Positions 27,688-40,339 are shown, counted from the stretch's first letter. The stretch: DNA of 64,000 nt from Octopus sinensis (GCF_006345805.1 NC_042999.1:26226001-26290000); one strand, 5' to 3'. Notes: generated by a model from the sequence alone, not told the origin. Numbers and translations are program-made.

Positions 27688-29404
27688 ATGCGTGCGTGTG
27701 TTTATGTGTGTGCATGTGTGTGTTAGTGTGTGCGCGTGTGTGCGTGTGTGTGTGTGTATGTATGTCTACTCACAGAAAAGTGATAGATACAGATGGGGAG
27801 AAAATGAGGGAGGGTGAGAATGAGAGATATAAAATAATATACGTAATATAGAATAAAAGTCATTCACTTTATATATTATTTACTGTACATAGCAATTTAT
27901 AAAATACCCCGGGTTAAATGCCTACCATTTCCAATTCTTAAGTGAATTACGTTGACGCAAGCCAACCACAAAAATAAATTACCTCTTCGTCCAACACATT
28001 GATTATGCTTTCGGCAGTACTAACCGAAATGAACAGAATGAACGTGGGTGTCTTTTTGTGTGTTGAGAATTCTGAACTCGGGAAGGCATTAGATTTAAGT
28101 CACTTGTAAAAACTACATGTCAACGATGGCTGTTGTAATGTCGAAAGTTCAGTGAATGGTTGAATTATGTTTGTAACAAGATCAAAGAGATTTCTCATGT
28201 ATTTAGTAATATAATGGCGAAAATAGATACTGCGTATGGGCAAAAATTAGATAGCATCAGAAAACTATGACTATAGAGAGAAATTTGCAGCTAGAAGCCA
28301 TCGTTATCAATTTTATAAAAAAATGATTACTTTGATGTGAAACCTAACACGTCAAGTGCATTTGCACATTAAATACCAATCTATATAGTGTTGATTGGTC
28401 TCTGTTAGTTCAAAGTATACCGACATTCACACACAGACATTCACTCTTCTTGGTTCTACTGCGTTGCCGACGATGACCGTCTTGATGCTACTATAGCTGA
28501 CTGAATGACATATTTTGCGTTCAAACCGATTCATCTGTAAATGTTCTTTCACACGCGTGGTACACTTGGATATGGTTACTGTCGTGTTTGGTTAAGGAAT
28601 AATTTTGTTCTGTTTGTTCCTTGTAGTTGATAGGCTTGTATGATTTTGTAAATTTAACTGTGAGGCATAGCCATCCAATGATATCTTTTCCCCCCATTTC
28701 TTCTGATTTGGTCTTGTAATCGTGAACCGTTATGGCATGTGACTGCACTAATCTTTGTATTTCATTATTCCTCTCACAGATTTCAAGGTTTTGTTTCCAA
28801 CACAGAATAATAGACATCGTTAGAATGTAAGACTTCAGTAATCCGTACAGTGTTCCATCAATGTTCGACATGGTTGACTATAATACCTTCAATAATAGTG
28901 ATCTGCATTATTCATCACCCTTCTTTGCCCCTCCTTACTGTTTATCATAACCTTTTTGGGAGAAAATCCCTGGTTGACTTTTGCATCTCCAATAAAGAAC
29001 TTATATTTCACAGCAATATCTGCAAACAAGCATCAACATAGATTTATGTAATATCAATTTTATGCGGACAGAACGCTTAATATCAACTTGTACGAGTTGG
29101 ATTTGTAGAGCCAGTTTACTCTTCAATTCTTTGTCGAACAGCTGTTTGAAAAACAGTTTCCTTCACTTGTAACAGTCAATGCACTTGTTGGCCAAAAGCT
29201 ATATCTAATTATACTTCTGATAAATTAATTCGAAATTACACGTAGATTGTTCTCCCATGGGTGTAATTCACGTGTTGTTGCTCGTTCGGTTTTTAGTTGT
29301 AAGTTTCCTGTTTGAATAAGGTCACATTTTTTACGCATTAGCTTATCCTCAGTGGTCACAATCTAGTCAGTTACTCCAAACTAGGTACGGTTTTCGCATA
29401 CATA

Positions 29405-29446
<42 letters not shown>

Positions 29447-29627
29447 ATATATATATAATAGAAATATTAAAATTACTAAGTCTCTCTAAAAGAGATTACG
29501 GCAGCGTTACTGGAAATTAATTGTTATCGCCATATTAATATGGCAGTCTTATAGATATAAGACTAAAAGCTGTCGCTGATTATCTCCATGAGGCCATCGC
29601 CTTAAGATAGCTATTTGACGCACAAAC

Positions 29628-29779
29628 TGTGTCCATTATAACCTTCGAACAGTGGCGACACCTGCTGGGTCGACTACGCTACATTGACAAAGGGCAAATA
29701 ACCTGAAACGCGTCTGTAGCTCTCTGACTGGCAGTGTGAAGCGGCTGACCTCCCTTGTTCGAAGGTTATAATGGACACA
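29628..29779. mobile_element. 152-bp MITE-like element with perfect 24-bp inverted repeats
   Basis: TGTGTCCATTATAACCTTCGAACA at 29628-29651 and its reverse complement at 29756-29779. Confidence 0.65.
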
Positions 29780-30370
29780 TATATATATACGCCCATAAAC
29801 ACTTGTAGAGCAACACTGTTAGTTACATACATAATGATAGTCACTGTTCAGTCTTTTGAAGATAATGGTAAGCTGGAAGGTACAAAATAAATTTCGTTTT
29901 GCCGACCATATTGAATTAATAGTAGATGAAGTGGATGTCTAACAACAGATATTGACACAAAAGAAAAGAAATGTATGGAAACTATGTTATATAGTAAAAG
30001 CTGAGGAAAATAGTTCAGCGAATAGAATATCATTGAAAACCTTATACAAGTTAATGTATTAAATTTTAAAACTTTCAAAAGAACAATAATAACAGATTCA
30101 GGATCAAAGAAATAATTTGATTCTTAATTCCTAGCTGTTACAGAGGATTTAACAAAATTGGACTCAATATAGAAAAATAAAAAAATTCGTTATTTCATAA
30201 CAATAGTCCTTTCAGCTGCTCAACGAGATTGAGAATAATGGCTATTACGTAAATGCAAGCAAAATGTAATAATAAAACTTATAAAAGGATGTTTTTGCAT
30301 TCAACACTGGGAGGAAAAAATCATTCGGAATACAGTGAACCTCGAAATTCAAGTGCTGAAATACGGTCAA

Positions 30371-30496
<126 letters not shown>

Positions 30497-31893
30497 GATT
30501 GATTTGTTCTTTTTTATATGTATGGATGTTGAAGTCATTAGTCATTGCTTGGAGAGATCAGAGGGAAGACTGCGTTGCAGTTCGTGCTCTATGTAACCAC
30601 CAGTATATTTCTTACTACAATATTGGCAACGAAAGAATTATATAGGATTGAAATATTCTGGGGATATAAGAAAGTATTTAGTCTTGTGATTGTGTGTACT
30701 ACATTAAAGATAACAGTGTGGGAAATTCGAACAACTTCAGAAGAGATGGCACACAAATTGCTACATCAGAGAACTTGAAAAAAGGAGAGAATTTCCTGAA
30801 ACGTAGTGTTTGTAAATGACTAATTTATAAAGACCATTGGTATTAGAGTTGATGACCATTCAAATAGATGATTTGCTTTTAGACCTTTGGGGAAATGTTT
30901 GCATACGTAGAAAAACTGCACGTGTAGGGCATTTTATTATTCTTCAAACATGAATTTTGTTAACAATGGCAATTTGATGAGAAATTAAATTATAGCGTGA
31001 TCCTGGAATTTAAATAAATTAACTCGAATAGAAGTTTAGTAATAATTGTTTGGTGTAAGAAACTATGGTGTTTGCAAACTATAAACAACATGTGAAATAT
31101 ACGCTAATGCTTTTTAGGTACGTTGCTAGTATTCGCCTGTTTTCTTGACGTAGAGAATGTTTGTGAAGAATTAGTGATAAATTCAGTCACATGCAACCAT
31201 TGGAAAACGGTTAAGAAATATTTAGGTGATATATGTAAATGTACACTGTGCGAAGATAGCCTTCTTTCAGACCATGTTTGTAGAATAATGCTTCTATTAT
31301 TCAGTTTCTATAGTTGGCTAATAATTTATTTTGCTATAAATTTAAAACCCGTTTACAATTAATGTTGTTTGCAAACCCATAAGATATTTCATAATCATAT
31401 TTTACATTACAATGGCAATAAATTATTACTTTCTCTCTGTGAATGTGTTTATAATACCATGTGCACCATTGCTCGGTTAAATATATGTGAAAGCGACAAA
31501 TTTAGTTTATGATAGCAATTAGGAGGGGTTAAGCCGTGTCTGTCGAAATCTATAACATTATTTCAGGTATAATTTTAATTCATCCAGTTGAATCGCTCTC
31601 ATTTCTCTCTCCCTCTCTCCCTCCCTCTCCCTCTCTCTCTCGCCTGCATACACATGTGCTTTCGTGTGTAACTGGACGAAACTTAAGTGAGGACGCTATC
31701 ATTAGGTTTTAATAAAAGTGGTTATATTAGTTTTAAATAGCTAATACTTTTCTTAGTAGATTAACATGTTATTTTCAATGGGTTGGAGGAAACAAAACCC
31801 ATAAAAGTAATATGAAAGGTAATCGTAAAGAAAAGAGGAGATAAATCCAGATATTAACTGAATAATACAGTTCTATATTTAAGAAAAGAGGAA

Positions 31894-32030
31894 TTATGTA
31901 CATTATATACATTTGACGGATACTTGTCTTCATCTTGTTTGTGTTAACACAACGTTTCGGCTGATATACGCACCAGCCTTCATCAGGTGTCTTGGGGAAA
32001 TTTCGACCTGGCTTCTCATTCCTAAGGTAT
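31894..32030 (-). mobile_element. AAT-anchored short element carrying a hammerhead ribozyme
   Basis: Abuts the (TTA)n array; an internally deleted sibling lies at 34063-34124. Confidence 0.75.
31946..31991 (-). ncRNA. Minimal type I hammerhead ribozyme motif
   Basis: GACAC-CUGAUGA-A-GGCUG-(10-nt loop)-CAGCC-GAAACGUU-GUGUU: 5-bp helix I, 5-bp helix II, palindromic ACGU in place of helix III, GUU cleavage triplet. Confidence 0.8.
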
Positions 32031-32041
32031 TATTATTATTA

Positions 32042-32102
<61 letters not shown>

Positions 32103-32116
32103 CATTATTATTATTA

Positions 32117-32163
<47 letters not shown>

Positions 32164-32174
32164 ATTATTATTAC

Positions 32175-32234
<60 letters not shown>

Positions 32235-32335
32235 TATTATTATTATATTATTATTATTATTATTACTATTATCATTATTATTATATTATTATTATTATTA
32301 TTATATTATTATTATTATTATTATCATCATCCTTA

Positions 32336-32389
<54 letters not shown>

Positions 32390-32402
32390 ATTATTATTAT
32401 TA

Positions 32403-32498
<96 letters not shown>

Positions 32499-32502
32499 TA
32501 TC

Positions 32503-32598
<96 letters not shown>
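32027..32598. repeat. (TTA)n array
   Basis: Direct reading. Confidence 0.97.
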
Positions 32599-32600
<2 letters not shown>

Positions 32601-32910
32601 GGTCATCGCTTGGAATCGAACTCGCCCTATCCCCATGGACAATTATAGAGTTAATTTTAGGGCTTGTAAATCTAATATTCTCCTATCCTTCCTTAATACT
32701 GGTTCTCATATGCCACTCATAATCTGCACTCGGTCTGCTTAGGAGGTTGTTGTGTCCTAGCATATATGCTGCCTCTTTTAGTTTTCTTAACATTACTGGA
32801 AAATACGAAAACTAAAAGAAGCGTGTAGATATGAGTAGCATATGTGAACCGGTATTAAGGGAGGATAGAAAAATATTAGATTTATAAGCCCCAAAATTCA
32901 CTTCATAATT

Positions 32911-32983
32911 GCCCTCGACGTAGTGGTTAAGAGCGCGGGCTACTAACCCCGAGATTCCGAGTTCGATTCCAGGCAGTGACCTG
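32911..32983 (+). mobile_element. tRNA-like head directly followed by (AAT)n (mini-SINE)
   Basis: A-box-like TAGTGGTTAAG, 7-nt loop CTACTAA, B box GAGTTCGATTCC; stems are broken. A partial inverted copy lies at 32600-32623. Confidence 0.65.
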
Positions 32984-33019
32984 ATAATGATAATAATAAT
33001 AATAATAATAATGATAATA

Positions 33020-33078
<59 letters not shown>

Positions 33079-33080
<2 letters not shown>

Positions 33081-33633
33081 CCCTGATGCAGTACCAGGCA
33101 GTGGCTCTCATGGCTTCTGATCTTAACTGATTGGAAGTGTTATCATGTACATTGTTTTGTCTTGGTATAAAAGATGGGCTACAGCAAATATTCTGCTCAA
33201 TACCACAGATTTGCTTGTCAGTTGTTTGACCTTAACCAGTTGAGCATGTCCCTCAGTGGCTGACGATATGTGCATCTCTTATCACGAGCAGAAGTAGTGG
33301 GGGAGCATCATAGCCATGTGTTGAGAGGGATTCTTTGGGGTTTGAATAATTCACCTCTGGAAACATGGGTGGTTCTTTCAACATCCTTAAACAACCCTTA
33401 TTCAGGGACCTTTTGAGCGGGATGGGCTACTCAACCTGAAGAAAATTCTAACTGGGCCCCACCTGCAAGGTCATGTGCTGTTTATCTTGATATGACATCA
33501 CCATGTCGCGCACATATGGTTGTGATGCATGTGCCTGGTGTACCTTTATCAGACGGGTAGTCATGATGGTTATATTGGGCTTCGTATATCTTACCCCAGT
33601 GTCACTTTGATGGCATGCACTGCTCTCTCACTC
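33079..33633. mobile_element. About 555-bp non-coding element embedded in (AAT)n
   Basis: Complex, more GC-rich block with AAT arrays flush on both sides and no ORF; interspersed-repeat status is from recall and not shown in this window. Confidence 0.55.
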
Positions 33634-33677
33634 AATAATAATAATAATAATAATATAATAATAATAATAATAATAAT

Positions 33678-34017
33678 GTGAAGGCGCATGGCTCAGTGGT
33701 TAGAGCGTCGAGCTTACGATTGTGAGGTTGTAAGCTCGAATCCCGGTCCGGGCTGCGTGGTGTGTTCTTTAACAAGACACTTTATTTCACGTTGCTCCAG
33801 TTCACTCAGCTGTAGAAATGAGTTGCGACGTCACAGGTGCCGAGCTGTATCGGTCCATTTGCCTTTCCCTTGGATAACACTGGTGACGTGGAGAGGGGAG
33901 GCCAGCATGCATGGGCGACTGCTGGTCTTCCATAAACAACCTTGCCCGGACTTGTGCCTGGGAGGGTAACTTTCTAGGTGCAATCCCATGGTCTGTGTCG
34001 TGACCGAAGGGGGTATC
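33678..34017 (+). mobile_element. tRNA-derived SINE, family 2 (head A + CORE-like block, tail Y)
   Basis: Shares head and CAAGACACTTTATTTCACGTTGCTCCAG..CACTCAGCTG with 55883, but has an unrelated 3' half; flanked by AAT. Confidence 0.82.
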
Positions 34018-34060
<43 letters not shown>

Positions 34061-34897
34061 GTAACATCGAAAAATACATTAGGAATCGGAACCTAAGACA
34101 CCTGATGTACATAATGTAAATAATATTAACAGAATAAATTTACATTCTTTGGAGATGTTTACTAATAGATTATTAGATTTTCCCTGTAAACTGTTAAAAA
34201 TGACAAATAACTTTGGGTATGCATTACCACACTGCATGAACTGATGAGAGGATTTAACGAATGACTCATCTAAACGATCACCTGAGGGGGTGCATTTTAC
34301 ACCTGGGATGTATGATGATGATTACACAGCAACTCACCAAAGATTAGTAAATGTAAATTTAGGCTGAAACAATTGAAGTGGTTTTCAATGATGCCGTTCA
34401 TCCCATTTTCTCTCTTTCTACCGATCTGTTTACTTGCGTACCTATCTATCCACATGTGTGTGTGCGCGCGTATGTACAATTTTTTATTTGTTTCGCCCGT
34501 GTGGATTTCACAGGAGGACATTAGACATATGGACGCGCACATATCTAAATATACGTACTCCAATTTGTTTGGGGCTAAGAGTATTCTCCTTCATACTCAA
34601 TATTCATTCTGGTATGATTAAATACTGAAAATAATTTAGACATCGACAAATATGTCTATTAGAAATGTGGTTGAAACTTGTAAGCTTACTTTTCAAGTTG
34701 AAACTTTTTAGTCGGAAGCTCCCAGATACAGCCTGTCGATTTAACAATATTATGCATTCTCCCCTTAGTGTTCTGTATTTTATACTTCAAGTAAATTTAA
34801 ATGTATTCAGCTATATATATATACAAACATCTATATGCTTGTACGTTGACGTTTATCTCCTGAATATTCTTAGTCTTTTTGTATCTATACATAACCC

Positions 34898-34952
<55 letters not shown>

Positions 34953-36867
34953 ATCCATTTTATTTGCATAATGTTATTTAATGGCAAAATTAGTCACCCA
35001 TTTATACTAGTCACACAAGTGCTTACTTCCTTTCTAATTTGAAGATGAACAGTAAATCTAAAAAAATTGATGTTTCTCACGGCCACCAAGCAAACTCATC
35101 ATACTAATAATCACTAAAGTTTTAAACGGGTGATCTTTAGAGTTATGTACGTATATATCTGGTGGACAAATTTCGATGATGACAGGTGTTCATTCTTGGT
35201 GGTTTAATAAGGAAATGAATGAAATTATTTCAACAAAAAAATCGAAGAGAAGTTAGAAACTAATTTAATGCTTATTGGAATCCATGACTGTTTTGTATAT
35301 TTTGTCATGTGATTTTTAAAACAAATTTATTCATTTCATTCGAAGCATGAGATCAATTATTAATCTGGTGCTTTCACTCAATCACTTTTGCACATTGGCC
35401 TCAAACAATCAATACAAATATGAATTTCTACAGCAGTATATTTTCGGTACCGGACTTGCTTCAATATAATTTTCAGTATTTTGGGGACAAAACTTATGCT
35501 GCCAAATATTTATGTCTGATATCTGTATGGATATCAGCAAAGTAAAAGGGAATTGAATCAGTGAGAGAAAGAGATTTTGACAATCCCTCAGTGTCAATTT
35601 TGATAAGATTATCATTTTTCCCGAAGAGTAGTATATATTCTTAACTTGGACTGGTGAAAACGAAGGGAGTGTAACACAGTATTACATATACTAAAACTTA
35701 AATATACCCATTCCATCAACAACGGCATCATGAAAAGCAAATTAGAACTTGGAAGAGTACACACCTAGACCAGAACTCATAGGTAAATTAATACTGCAAA
35801 GAATTTTTAAGTGTTACACTTTCGTTCCTGTAATACGCAGAATATTAAAATCATTAATGTCTATAGCGAAGTGAATTATGTTACAAAGGTGAAAGATGAG
35901 CAAAATGATAATTATGTGAAAATGCAATCACGCTGACTGGTCATATGACAAGCCACAATAGATATAATAAATTATATGCTGACTTCTCTTGTCTTTTGCA
36001 TCGATTTAATCTATTTCGTGGGCTCTACAATCCCATGACATGGTGAAAAACAAAACAAAATGACACAAAGAATGAAGTGGACAGCTGAAGGAGAATAATG
36101 ATAAAAACTTTGAAGACAGAATTGATTAAATCCGTTGTCATGTTTCCTTCACCGTTCTTTGATTAAAAAATTTGATGAGATTTCTCAAAATACATTAAGC
36201 GGTTGGCTTGTAAGAATAATCTGTGATCCTGAACACAGCAGCCTACCTCCAGACGATAAATGAGGCTGCAGAAGTTGAAAATAGGGCCTTTATGTACGTT
36301 ACAATGAATGTATAAGATGATATTTTTTTAGCAGTGTGAAATTTGAAATTAAAAACAAAAATCTAAGATGAAGTTAAACACAAGAATCTAAGATGACTTG
36401 CATTTGAAAGAAAATAAATCTGAGTGTTATTCTACCATGTAAAACTTTATTGATATTGTAACAGTAATAAAGATGAAAATTGACACATATCTCTCTCTCT
36501 CTCTCTCCCTTTCTCTCTATCTATCTATCTAAAACAAAACAGGAAAGTGAAAATATTTTGGTATTATTTATCCTCCATTACATGTTAAATTTGTTAATAG
36601 GATTTCTAAAATTTTACAGAGAAAAAAGTTTAATACTACAGTTAGACACTTTTATTTGAAGAATTTCTAACATGACCGTCTAACATCAAACGTTTTGTAA
36701 TTCCTATTAGCAAACGAAACGTCTGTAATGGAGAATAAATAATACCAAAAAAAGTTCCACTTTTTGTTATATTTCCACAATTTTCAATATTAATAGTAAG
36801 CGTAACGAGATACTAGATTCTAATAATGGAAGAAGCAGATGTACTTCAAGAGGAAACATGGGATTAT

Positions 36868-37122
36868 TCTACCTACCTACCTACCTGCCTACCTACCAAA
36901 TTACCTACCTACCTACATGCCTGCCTACCTACCTACCTGCCTGCCTACCTACCTACTTACCAACCTAACGACCTACCTACCTGCCTGCTTACCTACCTAC
37001 CTACCTACCTACCTACCTACCTACCTACCTACCTACCTACCTACCTACCTATCTGCCTACCTACCTACCTATCTGCCTGCCTACCTACCAACCTAACTAC
37101 CTATCTACCTAACTACCTACCT
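36868..37122. repeat. (CCTA)n/(CCTG)n array
   Basis: Direct reading. Confidence 0.95.
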
Positions 37123-37554
37123 ATATATGTGTATGTGTTTATGTGTGTGAATATATATATATATATATATATATCATATAATTAGGGCTTAGTAAAATAA
37201 ATTACTTTGCCACATACTGAACTTTTGATCAACTTTTGATATATATATATATATATATATATATATCTTACCTCCTGCTGCTTCAGTTGCTGAAATATCT
37301 AAAATTGTCATAGTGTTGTAGATTGGTTTTGCTATGGAATGGTGAAGCAATTTTTCATTTTCTGAAAAAGCAACGTTTTGACTTACGACACTTTCACATG
37401 CATATGCATACTTACTTATACACACGCATGCGCACTTTCGTTTTGGGATCACCACTACTTTATTATCTTCCCTTCCTCCTAGCTCTCCTGTGTAACCCCT
37501 ATTGTCCGGCATTCGCCATGATAGATCGCTAGCCACTACACATCCTTTAAATTC

Positions 37555-37700
37555 TCTCCTTTTTCTTTCTTTGTTCCTTCCTGTGGAAGAGCGTATGCTC
37601 GAAATGTTAAATACTTTTTCACTTCCCGAGCGTTAAACTAAAACATCTGTTTGTTGTCTACACCACCTGTCTTCGTCTTTTGTTTTTTATGAATTCTCCC
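37555..37700 (+). mobile_element. TA-anchored hammerhead-like repeat, copy c
   Basis: CTGTGGA-A-GAGC-GTAT-GCTC-GAAATGTT at 37581-37608. Confidence 0.75.
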
Positions 37701-37717
37701 TATATACATATACATAC

Positions 37718-37767
<50 letters not shown>

Positions 37768-37850
37768 ATATATGTGGGTGTATGTGTGTGTGTGTGTGAG
37801 TGTGTGTGTGTGTGCTTGTAAATATAATATGTGACAATTATTCGGATGTC

Positions 37851-37876
37851 GGGGCGGAAACCCACGCCGCCATCTT
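37851..37876 (-). promoter_or_regulatory. Candidate YY1 motif / start-codon context with GC box
   Basis: Minus strand AAGATGGCGGC followed by GTGGGT; GGGGCGG at 37851-37857. Motif match only. Confidence 0.25.
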
Positions 37877-38145
37877 TTCAGTTATCCAGCCATCGAAAAA
37901 ACGCTATGAAAATGACCGTTAAACAAAGTGAAATTACTGTGTGACTGACCATTATTAAGACAAAAGAGCTATTAGAATGACCGCTAAGTGATAGGTGGGA
38001 GTAAAGGTAAGGGAGAAAAAATGTTCATAGTATTCGCGTAAGCGCGCATGTCCATACCTACACATGCACACCCGCACACACACGTACACGCGCCTATAAG
38101 TATACACGCATCCCCTCACTTGAAACCCACACATACTCACCCACT

Positions 38146-38221
<76 letters not shown>

Positions 38222-38253
38222 GACACTTATATGTTGTATGTCTGTGCTTGTGC

Positions 38254-38291
<38 letters not shown>

Positions 38292-38869
38292 CACAGACAT
38301 ATAATATATAACTGTCTAGTCACTACTAGCTATAATAAATGAGTGTGAACACTCTATTATCACTCTATTAAAGTTAAATATCTAATTAGATGATAAACAA
38401 GCTTTGAGATATGTCCATCGCACAGAAATATAATGCATTGATCTAGGCATATTTCCAACGGTTGAAAGTATTGCTCTCTTGATCAAAATCTATTATTTAA
38501 AAAGAGATCTATAAAGCATAACTGTATGAAAGCGAGAAATCCTATTAAGTTAACAGATAATTGATACGTAGTAGTAAATAAACACATCATCTAAGCATCA
38601 TATGTAAATGTGTTGGTTTTATGTAGTACTATAGATATATTTCTATGCCAACATATTTTGGCAAGCTCTTACTTTCCGATATTGGTGTATCTGGTAACGT
38701 CACCCTCTCAGTAACGCTTTGGACGTCATGATTAACTCAAATGTTGGTTTTCTAATTTTGTTTCTTGCATGCATTTGTGCTCATCTAAAACGTCTTGGAG
38801 AATATCATTGGACAGGATTCTTTCTATTCACACATTATGAATATATATGTATATATATATATATATAAT

Positions 38870-38922
<53 letters not shown>

Positions 38923-38924
<2 letters not shown>

Positions 38925-39319
38925 TCTTTTACTCTTTTACTTGTTTCAGTCATTTGATGCAGCCATGCTGGAGCACCGCCTTTAATCGAGCAACTCGACC
39001 CCGGGACTTATTATTTGTAAGCCCAGTACTTATTTATCGGTCTCTTTTGCCGAACCGCTAAGTAACGGGGACATAAACACACCAGTATCGGTTGTCAAGC
39101 AATGCTAGGGAGACAAACACAGACACACAAACACACACGCATATATATATTCATATATACGACGGGCTTCTTTCAGTTTCCGTCTACCAAATCCACTCAA
39201 AAGGCTTTGGTCGGCCCGAGGCTATATAGAAGACACTTGCCCAAGGAGTCATGCAGTGGGACTGAACCCAGAACCATGTAGTTGGTAAACAAGCTACTTA
39301 CCACACAGCCACTCCTGCG

Positions 39320-39322
<3 letters not shown>
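38923..39322 (-). mobile_element. SINE family 1
   Basis: Full-length match to 305-761; TA arrays on both sides. Confidence 0.9.
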
Positions 39323-39366
<44 letters not shown>

Positions 39367-39367
<1 letters not shown>

Positions 39368-39553
39368 GGAAGTTTACGAAAATAAACAAAAGACGAAGAC
39401 AGGTGGTGTACAAAACAAACAGATGTATTAGTATAGCGCTAAGTAATAGAAAAAAGTATTTTACGTGTCGAACCTACGCTCTTCTACAGAAAGGTACACA
39501 GAAAAAACAAGGAGAGAAACATGGAGAGAAAAAATGTGTGTAGTGGCTAACGA
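39367..39553 (-). mobile_element. TA-anchored hammerhead-like repeat, copy d
   Basis: Reverse complement CTGTAGA-A-GAGC-GTAG-GTTC-GACACGTA around 39463-39489. Confidence 0.75.
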
Positions 39554-39649
39554 AATGTTAGACAAGGTGGAAAAAAATTGTCCAACGAATAGGAACGTGA
39601 AACTCTGAGTAACAGCTCTTTTGTTATACTTCTGCTGCTTTTAAATAAA

Positions 39650-39735
<86 letters not shown>

Positions 39736-39771
39736 TATATATATAACTATATATATATATTATAGGGTTCA

Positions 39772-40145
39772 GATCACCTCATTCTCTCTCTCCAGAAAAG
39801 GCCAAGGTCCTGTCATCAGCAGAGAAGTTAATGTTATCAGTTTTTTGGCCAAAGGTATTGTGTTTACTGACTATCTTCACAAGGGCTACGTTTTCAATGA
39901 ACAATATCGTACCAGCATACAAAATGCCACGGAAAACGGACGAAAGGGATCTTGTTTCATTAGGACAATGCTCCAGAATAGGCCCTTTTTTCCATATCTA
40001 CTGTCCGTGACTGTGGCTTTGAACCTGGCTGATCACCTTCTGTATTATCCTGCCGTGGTCAGAAAACTATCGTCTATTTCTCCAACATCAAAACGCACAT
40101 TTTGCTGGGAAGAAGTATCGCAGAGATGATGATATCATCTCTGAT
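39772..40145 (+). mobile_element. Degraded mariner transposase fragment
   Basis: Frameshifted remnants such as KAKVLSSAEKLM...KGIVFTDYLHKG, xDNAP, CGFE..DHxxYYP and KHxFAGKKYRRDDDIIS align to the mariner DD34D catalytic region. Confidence 0.75.
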
Positions 40146-40339
40146 GGGATCCAAGCAACGCATCACCCACGTAAGTGTTTGGGGCGCAAGAGAGACTATG
40201 CTGAAAAATAAGCTTCATTTTGAAATATTCCATGGAAGAAGATTTGTCAGCCTATGAACTTGCCTGCCGACCCTTGCATCAACACTTAAAATTATGATTC
40301 AAGTAAAGGATTGCTTCTACATGTATGAAACCAAACATG

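Noticed and set aside
32911-32983. Possible tRNA-Ser(ACT) gene
   Set aside because: T-stem and acceptor stem are broken and the anticodon stem has only 3 bp; treated as a SINE head.
33079-33140. Short resemblance to U2 snRNA on the minus strand
   Set aside because: Only scattered matches of about 10 nt in the wrong order; no Sm site or stem-loop set.
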